In this document: one piece after another, positions 1-9,739 of the stretch | Layout: the number at the start of each line of letters is the position of its first letter | Numbering within the stretch: position 1 is the stretch's first letter | Source of the DNA: Candidatus Dormiibacterota bacterium | GTDB lineage: Bacteria; Chloroflexota; Dormibacteria; Aeolococcales; Aeolococcaceae | Direction of reading: 5' to 3' | DNA: 64,000 nt | Assembly (NCBI GenBank): GCA_963709585.1 | Contig: CAVPXI010000007.1 | Location: 1-64,000 of the forward strand | Made by a program: the position numbers and the translations under genes | Notes under the pieces: generated by a model | What the model was told of the DNA's origin: nothing | Databases searched by the model: none | What the model saw: the letters and a program-made list of their open reading frames with translations, nothing else

Positions 1-182
1 ACTGTGGCGTACCTGGACAGATTACGTATTGCTACTCACAGATGCCGCCACGCACCTCGTACGAGCTCGCTCCGGCGGGTGTCGACCTCCAACGGGTGAT
101 CGATGAGATCGGTGCGTGGGCACGCGAACACCTCAGCGCCGTCATCGTGGCCGACGAGGAGCCGAGCGCCGCTGTCGGCTGA
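1..182 (+). CDS. 3' end of a probable HxlR-family winged-helix regulator (5' truncated)
   Basis: Own translation of frame 3: ...YSQMPPRTSYELAPAGVDLQRVIDEIGAWAREHL...TGA at 180-182; resembles the PPRVEYxLT..G..L..V...L..W end of HxlR proteins. Not in the ORF track. Confidence 0.55.
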   Translation, partial: CGVPGQITYCYSQMPPRTSYELAPAGVDLQRVIDEIGAWAREHLSAVIVADEEPSAAVG

Positions 183-1368
183 CCGGTCGACGAGAATCCG
201 TCGCCGGCTCGCGCTCGCCGGCGTGGCAGTGCTCGCAGCGGCCTGTGGATCGACTCCCCGACCGTCCGCGAGCGTGACGCCGGTGGCCACAGCGACACCG
301 GTGGCCACACCGACGCTGGCGTCGCCGACCGTGACACCCTCGGCCACCGCCAATGCGTGTGTCGCGCCGTCGAGCGAGCCCGCGCCGCGCGGCACCATCC
401 CGGCCAATTTCGCGACCGCCTTATCGTTCGCACCCGACGGAAGACTCTTCTGGGCCGAGCGCTCTGGGACGGTGAGGGTCTGGCAGAACGGGGCGTCAAG
501 GGTCTTCGCAAGGGTGAGGACGGTCACCACCGAGTCCAACGGCAGCTACAGCGAACGCGGCCTGCTCGGCCTGGCGATCAGCCCCACGTTCACGGCGGAC
601 CGTTTCGTCTACGCCTTCTACTCCGACGCGAGCTACAGGACCCAGCACGTCATCCGCTGGTACGACTGCGACGGCACCGGAACGCATCCCACGATCATCG
701 CAACCTTCCCGGCCGGTAACGACTGCTGCCACAAGGGCGGACGCATCGCCTTCGGTCCGGACGGCAAGCTCTACGTCACCCTGGGCGACGAGCATGATGC
801 CCCCAGTGCCCAGAACGTCAACGACGTTCGCGGCAAGGTGCTCCGCTACAACCCGGACGGCTCCATCCCGTCGAACAATCCCTTCGGGGCCAAAAATCCG
901 GTGTGGGCGTACGGATTTCGCAACCCGTTCGGCATCGCCTTCTCGGCCACGGGACAGCTCGCGATCACGATGAACGGCCCCTCCGGTGATGCCGGGAGTC
1001 CCGGCACCGGCTACGACACGCTGTATCTGAACGTGACTCGCGGCGCTCACTATCAGTGGCCCGACTGCTATGGGTACAGCCATCCACTCGCGGCGTCCAC
1101 CTGCGGTGGGGGCATCGCGCCGAACTGGAGCAGCGAGGCGAGCACGTACGTCCCAACCGGTGCGACCTTCGTCGACGCGGCCGGGCCGGGAGGCTACGCC
1201 GGCCACCTCGTGTTCTGCACGTACGACAAGGGCATGGCCATCGCGACTGCGGGCAGTCCGCACGCCTCGGTTCGTCTCGGACCGTCGGGCTGCCGTCTCG
1301 ACGTCGTCGAGGGCCCGAATCACGCGCTCTATTACTCGGACGAGACCCACATCTACGAGCTGGCGTAA
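103..1368 (+). CDS. PQQ-dependent glucose/sorbosone dehydrogenase-family lipoprotein (start uncertain)
   Basis: Lipobox LAACG, P/T-rich linker, motifs ERGLLGLA, HKGGRIAFGPDGKLYVTLGD, RGKVLR, YGFRNPFG. Confidence 0.85.
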   Translation: MRSVRGHANTSAPSSWPTRSRAPLSADRSTRIRRRLALAGVAVLAAACGSTPRPSASVTPVATATPVATPTLASPTVTPSATANACVAPSSEPAPRGTIPANFATALSFAPDGRLFWAERSGTVRVWQNGASRVFARVRTVTTESNGSYSERGLLGLAISPTFTADRFVYAFYSDASYRTQHVIRWYDCDGTGTHPTIIATFPAGNDCCHKGGRIAFGPDGKLYVTLGDEHDAPSAQNVNDVRGKVLRYNPDGSIPSNNPFGAKNPVWAYGFRNPFGIAFSATGQLAITMNGPSGDAGSPGTGYDTLYLNVTRGAHYQWPDCYGYSHPLAASTCGGGIAPNWSSEASTYVPTGATFVDAAGPGGYAGHLVFCTYDKGMAIATAGSPHASVRLGPSGCRLDVVEGPNHALYYSDETHIYELA

Positions 1369-1537
1369 CCCGCCAGTGTTCGGCGGACGGCCGCGCAGTT
1401 CCGTTCTGCGCGAATGCAGCAACTGACGCGTTGTTGAGCCCCTTTGGTGCGCAGCACACACGCACCCGGGGCCGCGTCACCGACTTCGAAAGGTTGCCCC
1501 TCTAACCTCCGGGTTGACGAACCCTAGGAGGTTTGCG

Positions 1538-1774
1538 ATGGATCAGGACAACTTCACCGACACCGTAGGGTCCGACGACCAGCCGCATCGGCGCAGCTTC
1601 GGTGGTCTCGGCCGCGGGCCGGCCGCGCTGCTGCTCGCAGCAGGGTTGCTCATCGGCGGCGGCATCGGCGGTTTCGTCGTCGCAAACGCATCCTCCCCGA
1701 TTTCAACCTTGGCGTCGAGCACGCCGGCGACTTCGCACACGTGCCCCACGACGGGCGGAACCAGCGCGAACTGA
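1538..1774 (+). CDS. small single-TM membrane protein
   Basis: AGGAGG 6 nt before ATG 1538; hydrophobic segment LLLAAGLLIGGGIGGFVVA and S/T-rich tail. Confidence 0.6.
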   Translation: MDQDNFTDTVGSDDQPHRRSFGGLGRGPAALLLAAGLLIGGGIGGFVVANASSPISTLASSTPATSHTCPTTGGTSAN

Positions 1775-1890
1775 ACCTGCGGTCACGGCGGGTGCGATCC
1801 CGCCAGTGATCTCCCAACCCAGCCTCCCTCCCAAGACGGCTCGCCCCCAGGGCGAGCCGTCGCTATATCTGCCGCGTCTACGATCCGCGG

Positions 1891-3407
1891 GTGGCTCCAC
1901 GCGTGCTCCCCGCGGTCGTCTTCACAGCCGGAGCCTCCTCGCTGGCGACGGAGATCTGCGCGACCCGGTTGCTCGCCCCGTACTTCGGCCAGTCGACCGT
2001 GGTCTGGGCGAACGTCATCGGCCTCATCCTCATCTATCTGTCGCTCGGCTACTGGCTCGGCGGGCGCATCGCCGACAGGCATCCGACGCAGCGCGTTCTC
2101 GGCCTGATCCTGGTCATCGCCGCGCTGTGTACGGCGGTGCTCCCATTCATCGCGCGACCCTTCCTCAACCTCGCGCTGCAGGGCTTCAACGCGGTGAGCG
2201 TCGGCACCGTGGTCGGGTCATTCCTCTCGACGCTGTTGCTCTTCTCCGTCCCGGTGACCTTGCTCGGTATGGCCTCGCCGTTTGCGCTTCGTCTGGCATT
2301 GACCGACATCGACAGAGCCGGGCGCACCAGCGGACGCCTCTCGTCGCTCGCGACTGTTGGTGCCATCATTGGCACATTCGGATCGGCGCTCGTGCTCATT
2401 CCCGGGGTCGGCACTCAGCGAACGCTGCTCAGCGCGGCGTTGCTCGTTGCGCTCGTGTCCATCCCGCTCCTGCTGCGCCCGGCGCTGATCGCGAGCGCAG
2501 TGATCGTGGTCTTGCTCATCCTCCCGCCGGGCCTGGTGAAGGAGACGACCGGGACACTCGCCGAGCGCGAGACGGCGTACCAGTTCATTCAGGTGGCGCG
2601 CGAGTCGGGGGCAGGGTCGTGATGCGGTTTGACGACGGCATCGCCGATCAATCCGTTTATCGGGTCGATACCGCACTGACCGGCGGTGAGTGGGACATGC
2701 CGCTCGTGGTGCCGCCGATGCTTGCCCGGACACTGCATCACGTGCTCGTCATCGGCAACGCGGGCGGGACCACGGCGCGCGCCCTGGCGTCGGAATATCC
2801 CGGCATCGACATCGACGCGGTGGAGCTCGACCCGGTCGTGACCCAGCTCGCCCGCCAGTACATGGGGCTCGACGCGATCCCCAACCTGCACGTGACCACC
2901 GCGGACGGGCGCGAGTACCTGGCGACCACGACGCGGCGGTACGACCTCATCGTCGTCGACGCGTACAGGACCGAATACATCCCGTTCTACCTCGCGACCC
3001 AGGAGTTCTTCGCCCTGGTCCGCGCGCACCTCAATGCCGGTGGCGGCGTCGCGCTCAACGTCGAGCGCGTTCCCGGTAACGACCAGCTGGTCCAGGCGGT
3101 CGCCGGGACGGTGGCGACCGAGTTCCCACAGGTGTTGGTGTGGCCGGCGCTGCACTTCAATGAGCTCGTCGTCGGTCTGTCCGAGTCGATCCCCACCGCT
3201 TCGCTGGCTCAGCGCCTCACGACTCTGCCGGTGAACGTCAGGGTGCTCGGCGCGCTCGTGGTCGCTCACGCGTACGTCGTGCCCCCCGCCTCCGATCCGC
3301 TCACCGATGACCGAGCCGCGGTCGAGTGGCTGACAGATCGGGCCATCCTTGCCTATATCGCCGGCGGCGGAACACTGACCGAGCAACTCCTGCCCACCGC
3401 GCCCTGA
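1891..3407 (+). CDS. fused membrane domain/spermidine synthase-like SAM-dependent transferase, split by a frameshift at G5 2607-2611
   Basis: N part (EICATRLLAPYFGQSTVVW) in ORF 1891-2622; C part (VLVIGNAGG, VELDP, DGREYL, YDLIVVDAY) in another frame ending 3407; one extra G joins them. A TGATG overlap at 2620-2624 would also allow two coupled genes. Confidence 0.8.
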
Positions 3408-3469
3408 GTTCCGCGATGTCTTAACTGCTACCTCGGATGTTGCGCTCGCGTAACTCGTACGCTCAGCGC

Positions 3470-3498
3470 TTGCGTCCCGCTGACGTGTTTGATAGTCT
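3470..3498 (+). promoter_or_regulatory. sigma70-type promoter with no credible downstream sense gene
   Basis: TTGCGT-17 nt-TAGTCT with extended -10 TG. Confidence 0.45.
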
Positions 3499-3576
3499 TA
3501 CGACGTTCGGTACCTTTGCACCGATCCGCCGGGGAGACGGCCTTGAGGGATGGGGGGACTGCGAGCGCTCCTGGGT

Positions 3577-4350
3577 TCACGCTGGACCCGGGAGCGCTTT
3601 GCGAAATCGTGCGACCCGCCCGATGTCATCCATCCCGAGCCGCGCGTAGAGCCGCTGCGGCCAGTCGTCCGGATCCATGCCGAGAAACACGAGGCGGCAC
3701 TCCGTGGTCAACTCAAGGGCCCGCGTAACCACGGCGCGCCCGTAGCCGCGCCGGCGATGCTCCGGGACGGTGGCGACGCTCTCGATCTGCGCGATGTCGT
3801 CGATCCTGTAGACCTCGCAATACGAGACCACCATTCCCTCGACGATGACCGCGAGATGCGTAGTGGGCACGCCACGAGCCACGCGTTCCTGCTTCTCACG
3901 CACCTGGGCGACGGCATCCGGCGTGGCCCACGCCTCGGCGGCCAACGAGGCTTCGCGCGCCGGGCGTATCGATACCGCATCGACAACTCGCACCTGCGAG
4001 GTGTCGACGTGGCGATCCGGCTCACGATGGCGAACCATGATGCCAAGCGGCTCCTCGAGCCATCCCGCGGCGCGGAATGCGGCGGTAAGTGCATCCAACT
4101 CGTCGCAGGCTACGAATTCGACGATGCGATTGGGCAGCTCGGCCTGGATCTCGTCGGCAGCGGCCCTCACCTCCTCCATCGACATCCCGAATCCCTCCTC
4201 GAGCACGACGAGACGGTTGACGTCATAGACCTGCGGCAAGGAACGCGCGCGGAACCACGCGCCACCGGACCAGGTGCCCTGGTCGTCGCTTCCAAGCGCC
4301 TCGATGAGCTGGGCATAGCGGACCGCTTCGGTGAGTTCGGCGGAGATCAC
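3577..4350 (-). CDS. GNAT acetyltransferase
   Basis: Motif A: IESVATVPEHRRRGYGRAVV; LYARLGM. Confidence 0.85.
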   Translation of the reverse strand: MISAELTEAVRYAQLIEALGSDDQGTWSGGAWFRARSLPQVYDVNRLVVLEEGFGMSMEEVRAAADEIQAELPNRIVEFVACDELDALTAAFRAAGWLEEPLGIMVRHREPDRHVDTSQVRVVDAVSIRPAREASLAAEAWATPDAVAQVREKQERVARGVPTTHLAVIVEGMVVSYCEVYRIDDIAQIESVATVPEHRRRGYGRAVVTRALELTTECRLVFLGMDPDDWPQRLYARLGMDDIGRVARFRKALPGPA

Positions 4351-4476
4351 CCTCGTACCCTACCGGCCGTCGGATACACGCGAGTGATGCACGCCACGGC
4401 GATTGCGGCGTTCCCGTCCAACGTCGTCACAACCGGGCCCGGATTGTTGCGAACGCCGCGACATCGACAAATTCAC

Positions 4477-4505
4477 TTGCGTCGGCAGGGACGCTTTGCT
4501 AGGCT
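4477..4505 (+). promoter_or_regulatory. sigma70-type promoter of the secreted surface protein
   Basis: TTGCGT-17 nt-TAGGCT with extended -10 TG. Confidence 0.6.
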
Positions 4506-4736
4506 TGCTGACAAGAGAAGCGTTCGGGAGTAATGCTCCGATCGACGCTTTCAGTACCACGCGATCGGATCGCGACGGGCGAAGAGGGGTGCCGGTTCGG
4601 CCGGCGCGACAACGGAGGGTAGCGGGTGGCGAACTCGGACCACGGATCCAAGTTTCCGCGTACGTTCAGGTATCCTGATGCACTGGTCTCGAGCCGCTCG
4701 CTGCAGGCTCACAGAAAGGAAAGAGGTCTCCCAACG

Positions 4737-6878
4737 ATGAAACGTCGAACCATTGGTGTCGTCTTGGCTTTGGTCGCCGCCGCGGCGGTCCCGCTCGGTC
4801 TGCCACACAGCGCTTCGGCTGCGTCCTTTGACGCACTCAACGTCAAGCCCTTGCCGATCGAGCAGCCGGGAACACTGAGCCCGACCGGGACGAACACGGT
4901 GACGATGTGCGTCCAGCCGACGTTGGCCGGCAAACCCATCACGAGTGTCACCAATGTATTCCTCAGCATTGACTCGGCACTGTTCGCGCCGCCGGCGAGC
5001 GTTGGCGGATCGGCGACCGCAGAAGGAACACCACTGACCGCGACGCCTGTCTCGTTCCCGACTTAGGCCACATGCTCGTATGCCAACTTGGAGACAAGCG
5101 GCACGCTGCCGTGGTCCATTCCCATCACATATACAGGCCCGACGCCCACCGTTCCGGTCGCCGGGCGAGACGTTATCGCGGCGACGTCAGATGGCGTTTC
5201 GTTTGACAACACGACCGGCAAGTGCGTCGGACCGGGAATCTGCGACACCGGCACCTACGTCTACTCGCCGGTGACTCAGTACGTGATAACGCCGTCGCCG
5301 ACGATGGCGGCAACGGGAACGTTGGGCCCCGCGGCACCGGTCACGGTCACGGTTGTGGCGGAGGATGCTTCGGGCAAGCCCGTTCCGGGCGCGTACCTCG
5401 ACCTGTCACTGACGAGTACCGGTACCTCGGGCGGCACCGCTACGGCCTTCAGCCAGATCTCGATGACTATAAAGCACCTCACCAATCTTCCGAGCCGGTT
5501 CGGCGCCGACGCCACGGGTACCGTGACGATCAGCTATGCGACGGCCAACCCGCTCCCTGCGTCGGGAACAGACACGATCACCGCACAGAATCATCCGACC
5601 GCGACGCACTCAAACTTCACTACTTACACCTATGCAACGTCGACGGGGCCACCACAGGGTCCGTACACGTCGGTGACTCCATTCCGTGTCTGCGACACCC
5701 GTCCCGCAGCGCCTGGCATCGTCAGCAACCAGTGCGACAACGGCAGCACCGGTGCCGGTAGTGGACCGATCGGTTCGGGTGCCACACGCGTCATCACCGT
5801 CGACAACTTCGGCGGTCTCCCCGCATCGGGCGTCACGGCAGTGGTTGTCAACCTCACGGCGATCGCACCGACCAAGGGGACGTTCCTCAGGCTGTCTCCC
5901 GACGGCGTCGCGTCGACAACGTCGAACCTTAACCCACAGGCAGGGCAGGTCAGAGCCAACCTGGTTGAGGTGGGCGTCAGCACCGCGGGCAAGATCGACG
6001 TCTTCAATGCGGTCGGTTCGATCAACATCGCGTTGGACATCGAGGGCTTTGTGTCCTCGACATCCACGGGCCTCTTCACCGGAACCAGCCCGGTCCGCAT
6101 CTGCGACACGCGCGCGGCGGGAGGCGCCGTTGCACCAAACCGTTGCAACACTGCTGGAGCATCGCCGATCGGCAGCGGCGCCACGCTGACCTTCAATGTC
6201 AATGGCGCGCCCAGCCCGGTACCGGGTACGGGTGTCAGCGCGGTGGTCTTCAACCTCACCGCCATCAACCCCAGTGTCAGGACAGTGCTCACGGCGTTCA
6301 CCGGGGTCACCCGGCCGATCGCCTCCAACATCAACGTTGAGGCACACGCGGCGGTGCCGAACCGGGTCATCGTGCCGGTGACCTGCACAGGCGGAAACTG
6401 CACCGTCTCGATCTGGAACGGCGCCGGCTCGGTGAATATCGCGGTCGACATCGACGGATGGTTCACCACCGGCACGGGCACACAGTTCACAGCGCTCCCC
6501 ACGCCTGCCCGGATCTGCAACACGCAGAACGGCAACTCGAGCGACGCCGGTTGCTCGAAAGGACTGGTCGGCAGTGGACAGGTGCTCAACATCGAGGCCG
6601 CCGGCATTGACGGCATTCCGCCCGACACAGGCGGCGCCGGCTCGCCGGTTGCGATCGTGGCCAACGTGACCGCCGTGAACGCGACGACCGGGACCTTCAT
6701 CACCGTCTACCCGGGCACGGTGCTTTCGGCTCCGACCGCGTCGGACCTCAACGTCCCGTCGTATCTGCCGGTTTCCAACCTTGTGGTTGCCACGCTCGGA
6801 ACCGATGGAACCATCAACCTGTTCAACGCGCTGGGTGGCGTGAACCTCATCGTCGACGTCCTCGGCTACTACAGCTGA
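4737..6878 (+). CDS. secreted surface protein with Ig-like region and three C-terminal 'PxRICDTR' beta repeats; in-frame TAG at 5064-5066
   Basis: AGGA/GAGG upstream of ATG 4737, signal peptide MKRRTIGVVLALV...ASA; ORFs 4626-5066 and 5088-6878 are in the same frame (SFPT*ATCSYANLETSG). Confidence 0.75.
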
Positions 6879-6893
6879 GCTACTAACAAAAGA

Positions 6894-7667
6894 ATGAACG
6901 TGGGGGGGAACGAGCTCGTGGTCGACTCGGACCACGAGCTCGCCCGCTTTGGGGCCCTCGAGGCTGGCCGGGCGTTGATGGCGCTGCGCGCCGAGCTCGG
7001 CTTCGAGGACTCGAAACGACTTCGCGATGAAGGCGATCGCATGTCACATCAGCTGTTGATGAGGCTGCTCGCCGAGCAACGCCCGGACGACGCGGTGTTG
7101 TCCGAAGAAGGCGTCGACGATCAGGCACGGCTTTCCGCGACACGTGTGTGGATCGTCGACCCACTCGACGGGACGCGTGAATTCGGAGAAGAGGGCAGGA
7201 CCGACTGGGCTGTCCACGTCGCCCTCATCGAGAACGGAAAGCCCATTGCGGCTGCCGTGTCACTCCCGGCGCGCGACCTGGTGATGTCGACATCCCCGGT
7301 CCCGCGTACATCCGAGCGACCACCCGGACGGCTCCGCATCGTTGTGAGCCGCTCCCACACCCCGCCCGAGGCACACGCGGTGGCAAAGGCGCTCGACGCC
7401 GAGCTCGTGTTCATGGGGTCGGCCGGAGCCAAGACCATGGCGGTGGTTCTCGGCAGCGCCGACGCCTACGTGCATATCGGCGGTCAATACGAGTGGGACT
7501 CCGCCGCGCCCGTCGGGGTCGCGCTTGCGGCCGGGTTCATGGCCACCCGCGTCGACGGGTCACCGCTGGTCTACAACCGGCAGAACCCGTGGCTACCGGA
7601 CCAGGTCGTGTGCCGCGCCGATCTCCACAATGCGATCATCGCTGCGGTCGCTTCAGCGGCCAACTGA
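6894..7667 (+). CDS. cysQ: 3'(2'),5'-bisphosphate nucleotidase CysQ
   Basis: LSEE, WIVDPLDGTREF, VVSRSH, MGSAGAK, EWDSAAP motifs; sulfotransferase neighbours. Confidence 0.92.
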   Translation: MNVGGNELVVDSDHELARFGALEAGRALMALRAELGFEDSKRLRDEGDRMSHQLLMRLLAEQRPDDAVLSEEGVDDQARLSATRVWIVDPLDGTREFGEEGRTDWAVHVALIENGKPIAAAVSLPARDLVMSTSPVPRTSERPPGRLRIVVSRSHTPPEAHAVAKALDAELVFMGSAGAKTMAVVLGSADAYVHIGGQYEWDSAAPVGVALAAGFMATRVDGSPLVYNRQNPWLPDQVVCRADLHNAIIAAVASAAN

Positions 7668-7702
7668 CCCTCGGTACGCAGCAGCTCGCGCGGGCTGCGA
7701 TC

Positions 7703-7720
7703 TCTCATCGGTATCTCAGA
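7703..7720 (+). promoter_or_regulatory. OmpR/PhoB-type direct-repeat box
   Basis: TCTCAT (7703) and TCTCAG (7714), 11 bp apart, upstream of ATG 7798. Confidence 0.4.
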
Positions 7721-7797
7721 ATTCCCGCTGCCACAATGGAAGCTGTGAGAGGAGCCCTGAAATTGCGCGCTCCGTTTGCGTGCACGGCCCGCTAACG

Positions 7798-8919
7798 ATG
7801 CTCAAAGCTAATCCGGAAAAGAGCGCGCGGCGCCGTGCAATCCTGCCGGCGGTTGCGGTCGCCGTGATGGTGGCCGGATGCGGCAGCCAGGCACCGCCCA
7901 GCCCGTCGGTCAGCGCGAGTCCTTCACCGACTCCCTTGTCGAGTTCGTCGCCGGTTCCGAGCCCATCGCTCGTTCTCAAGCCGATCCTCAGCGGGCTCCT
8001 GGATCGCAACGGCACGCCGCCGATCTCGTATGTCACCTCGCTCGGCGGCTTCGTCGTCAACGTTCGCTGGAGCGACCTGCAGCCACTGCGCGGTGGGCCG
8101 ATTGCGGCCGGCAACGCGATCGACCAGGCGATCACCAGCGCCCGCACGCTCAACGCCACCTATCACCTTGATCTCGGCCTGAAGCTCCGCGTCCTGGCGG
8201 GCGTCTCGGCGCCGCAATGGGCCAAGAACCTCGGGGGCTCGCCGATTTCCCTGATCAACCCGCAGAGCGGTGCGGCGGGCAGCATCGGACGGTTCTGGAC
8301 GGACCCGTTCGGCGAGGCATACGACCAGCTCGAGAGCCTGCTTGCAGCGAGGTACGACAACATTCAGGAGGTTCGCGAGGTGACCGTCTCCCGTTGCACG
8401 ACCTTCTACGATGAACCCTTCATTCGCGACACCGGGTACACGCCCAACGACACCGCGCTGCTCGATGCCGGCTACACCCTCGCTGCCGACGAGAACTGCC
8501 AGCGCGAGGAGATCGGTGCAAGTGCGGTCTGGCAACACACGCACGTCGACCTCGCCTTCAACCCTTTCGAGGTGGTCGACGCCGGCGGTTCCACCAGAGG
8601 TGATGAGCTGTTCACCGAGTCGATGATGCAGTACTGCCGCCAGATCCTCTCGTCGAGATGCGTTCTCGAGAACAACTCGCTGCGCACCCCGCCGCTGCAG
8701 AGCTACCTCGCGATGTACGCCGCGATGCAGTCGCTCGGAAAGCCGATCGCGTTTCAAACCGCAACCGGGTCGCGCATCGGGAGCCTGGCGGCCACGCTTG
8801 CCTACGCGATCAGCTTGGGTGCGAACTCCGTCGAGCTCCCTGGCGGCTACGAGTTGCTCGGCACACCGTCCACCCTTGCGGCGACCAATCACGCCTTGGC
8901 TGTCAACGTAATCCCCTGA
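7798..8919 (+). CDS. lipoprotein, probable TIM-barrel glycoside hydrolase
   Basis: Lipobox VAGC, S/P linker, VNVRWSDLQP..IDQAI..LRVLAG..APQW..FW..LAARYD pattern typical of clan GH-A-like proteins. Confidence 0.6.
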   Translation: MLKANPEKSARRRAILPAVAVAVMVAGCGSQAPPSPSVSASPSPTPLSSSSPVPSPSLVLKPILSGLLDRNGTPPISYVTSLGGFVVNVRWSDLQPLRGGPIAAGNAIDQAITSARTLNATYHLDLGLKLRVLAGVSAPQWAKNLGGSPISLINPQSGAAGSIGRFWTDPFGEAYDQLESLLAARYDNIQEVREVTVSRCTTFYDEPFIRDTGYTPNDTALLDAGYTLAADENCQREEIGASAVWQHTHVDLAFNPFEVVDAGGSTRGDELFTESMMQYCRQILSSRCVLENNSLRTPPLQSYLAMYAAMQSLGKPIAFQTATGSRIGSLAATLAYAISLGANSVELPGGYELLGTPSTLAATNHALAVNVIP

Positions 8920-8949
8920 TGTGGGCTCACTTTCACTGAGTTACTTCCA

Positions 8950-8978
8950 TTGACCCGGCTGTTTGGGTTCGGTACAAT
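8950..8978 (+). promoter_or_regulatory. sigma70 promoter
   Basis: TTGACC-17 nt-TACAAT upstream of the histidine phosphatase. Confidence 0.75.
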
Positions 8979-9055
8979 GAATCGTCGAGCATCCCATCGA
9001 AAGGTACTGGAGGGGTGCTACAAGCAGGTGAAAGGGGGGTTTCCATGATGAGGCG

Positions 9056-9739
9056 GTGCTTCACATGAGAGCGGTCGAGGGACCGTGCAGGGTGCTTCTT
9101 GTGCGCCATGGCACCACGCGCATGAACATAGAGAATCGGTACCGTGGCCGGTGGGATGTCCCCCTGGACGCGCAGGGGTACCAGGAGGCCGTGGATGCCG
9201 CCAGGGCACTCTCCAATGCAGGCCTGAATGCGGTGTACACCGGACCACTCCGCCGGACGATTGCGACGGCGCAGATCATCGCCGACGAGGCGGGCGTACC
9301 TGACATTCGCATCCTCCAGGGGCTCATCAACCTCGACTACGGGATCTGGCACGGCATGACCTCGAAGGAAGCGTCCGTCACCGACCCAGCGGCCTTCGAG
9401 GCCTACCGGACTGCACCGATGACGTGCGTCTGCCCCAACGGCGAACGCCTCGTCGACGCGCGGGATCGCATGCTCGAGGCGGTGGAATTGATCGGTTCAC
9501 GTCACCAGGGAGAGACTGTGGTTGGCGTCACGCACGCGGTCATGATCCGTCTCGTGATTGCCCATCTCGAGGGCATCGACGGTGGGAGCTGGCGGGTGCC
9601 CGTCAACCGCGGTGGCATCGTCGAATTCCAGGTCGAGAACGGCACCATGAAACTGGTGACTCCGGTCGAGCCCGGCTCAGACCAGGAAGAGGCGCCGGCC
9701 ACGCATCAGGATCAGATCACACGTAACGCCAGCGCTTGA
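9056..9739 (+). CDS. histidine phosphatase family protein
   Basis: LVRHG, GPLRRT.ATA, DYGIWHG, CPNGE, VTHA. Confidence 0.9.
   Translation: MLHMRAVEGPCRVLLVRHGTTRMNIENRYRGRWDVPLDAQGYQEAVDAARALSNAGLNAVYTGPLRRTIATAQIIADEAGVPDIRILQGLINLDYGIWHGMTSKEASVTDPAAFEAYRTAPMTCVCPNGERLVDARDRMLEAVELIGSRHQGETVVGVTHAVMIRLVIAHLEGIDGGSWRVPVNRGGIVEFQVENGTMKLVTPVEPGSDQEEAPATHQDQITRNASA

Noticed and set aside
2607-2611. Programmed frameshift or phase-variable tract (also 23588-23592)
   Set aside because: Runs of five bases are too short and there is no slippery heptamer; error is more parsimonious.
3550-4533. 327-aa plus-strand ORF downstream of the orphan promoter
   Set aside because: Fully antisense to a clear GNAT gene, with no recognisable domain.
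5064-5066. Pyrrolysine or recoded TAG
   Set aside because: TAG is the normal stop of several genes here, and no pyl genes are in the window.
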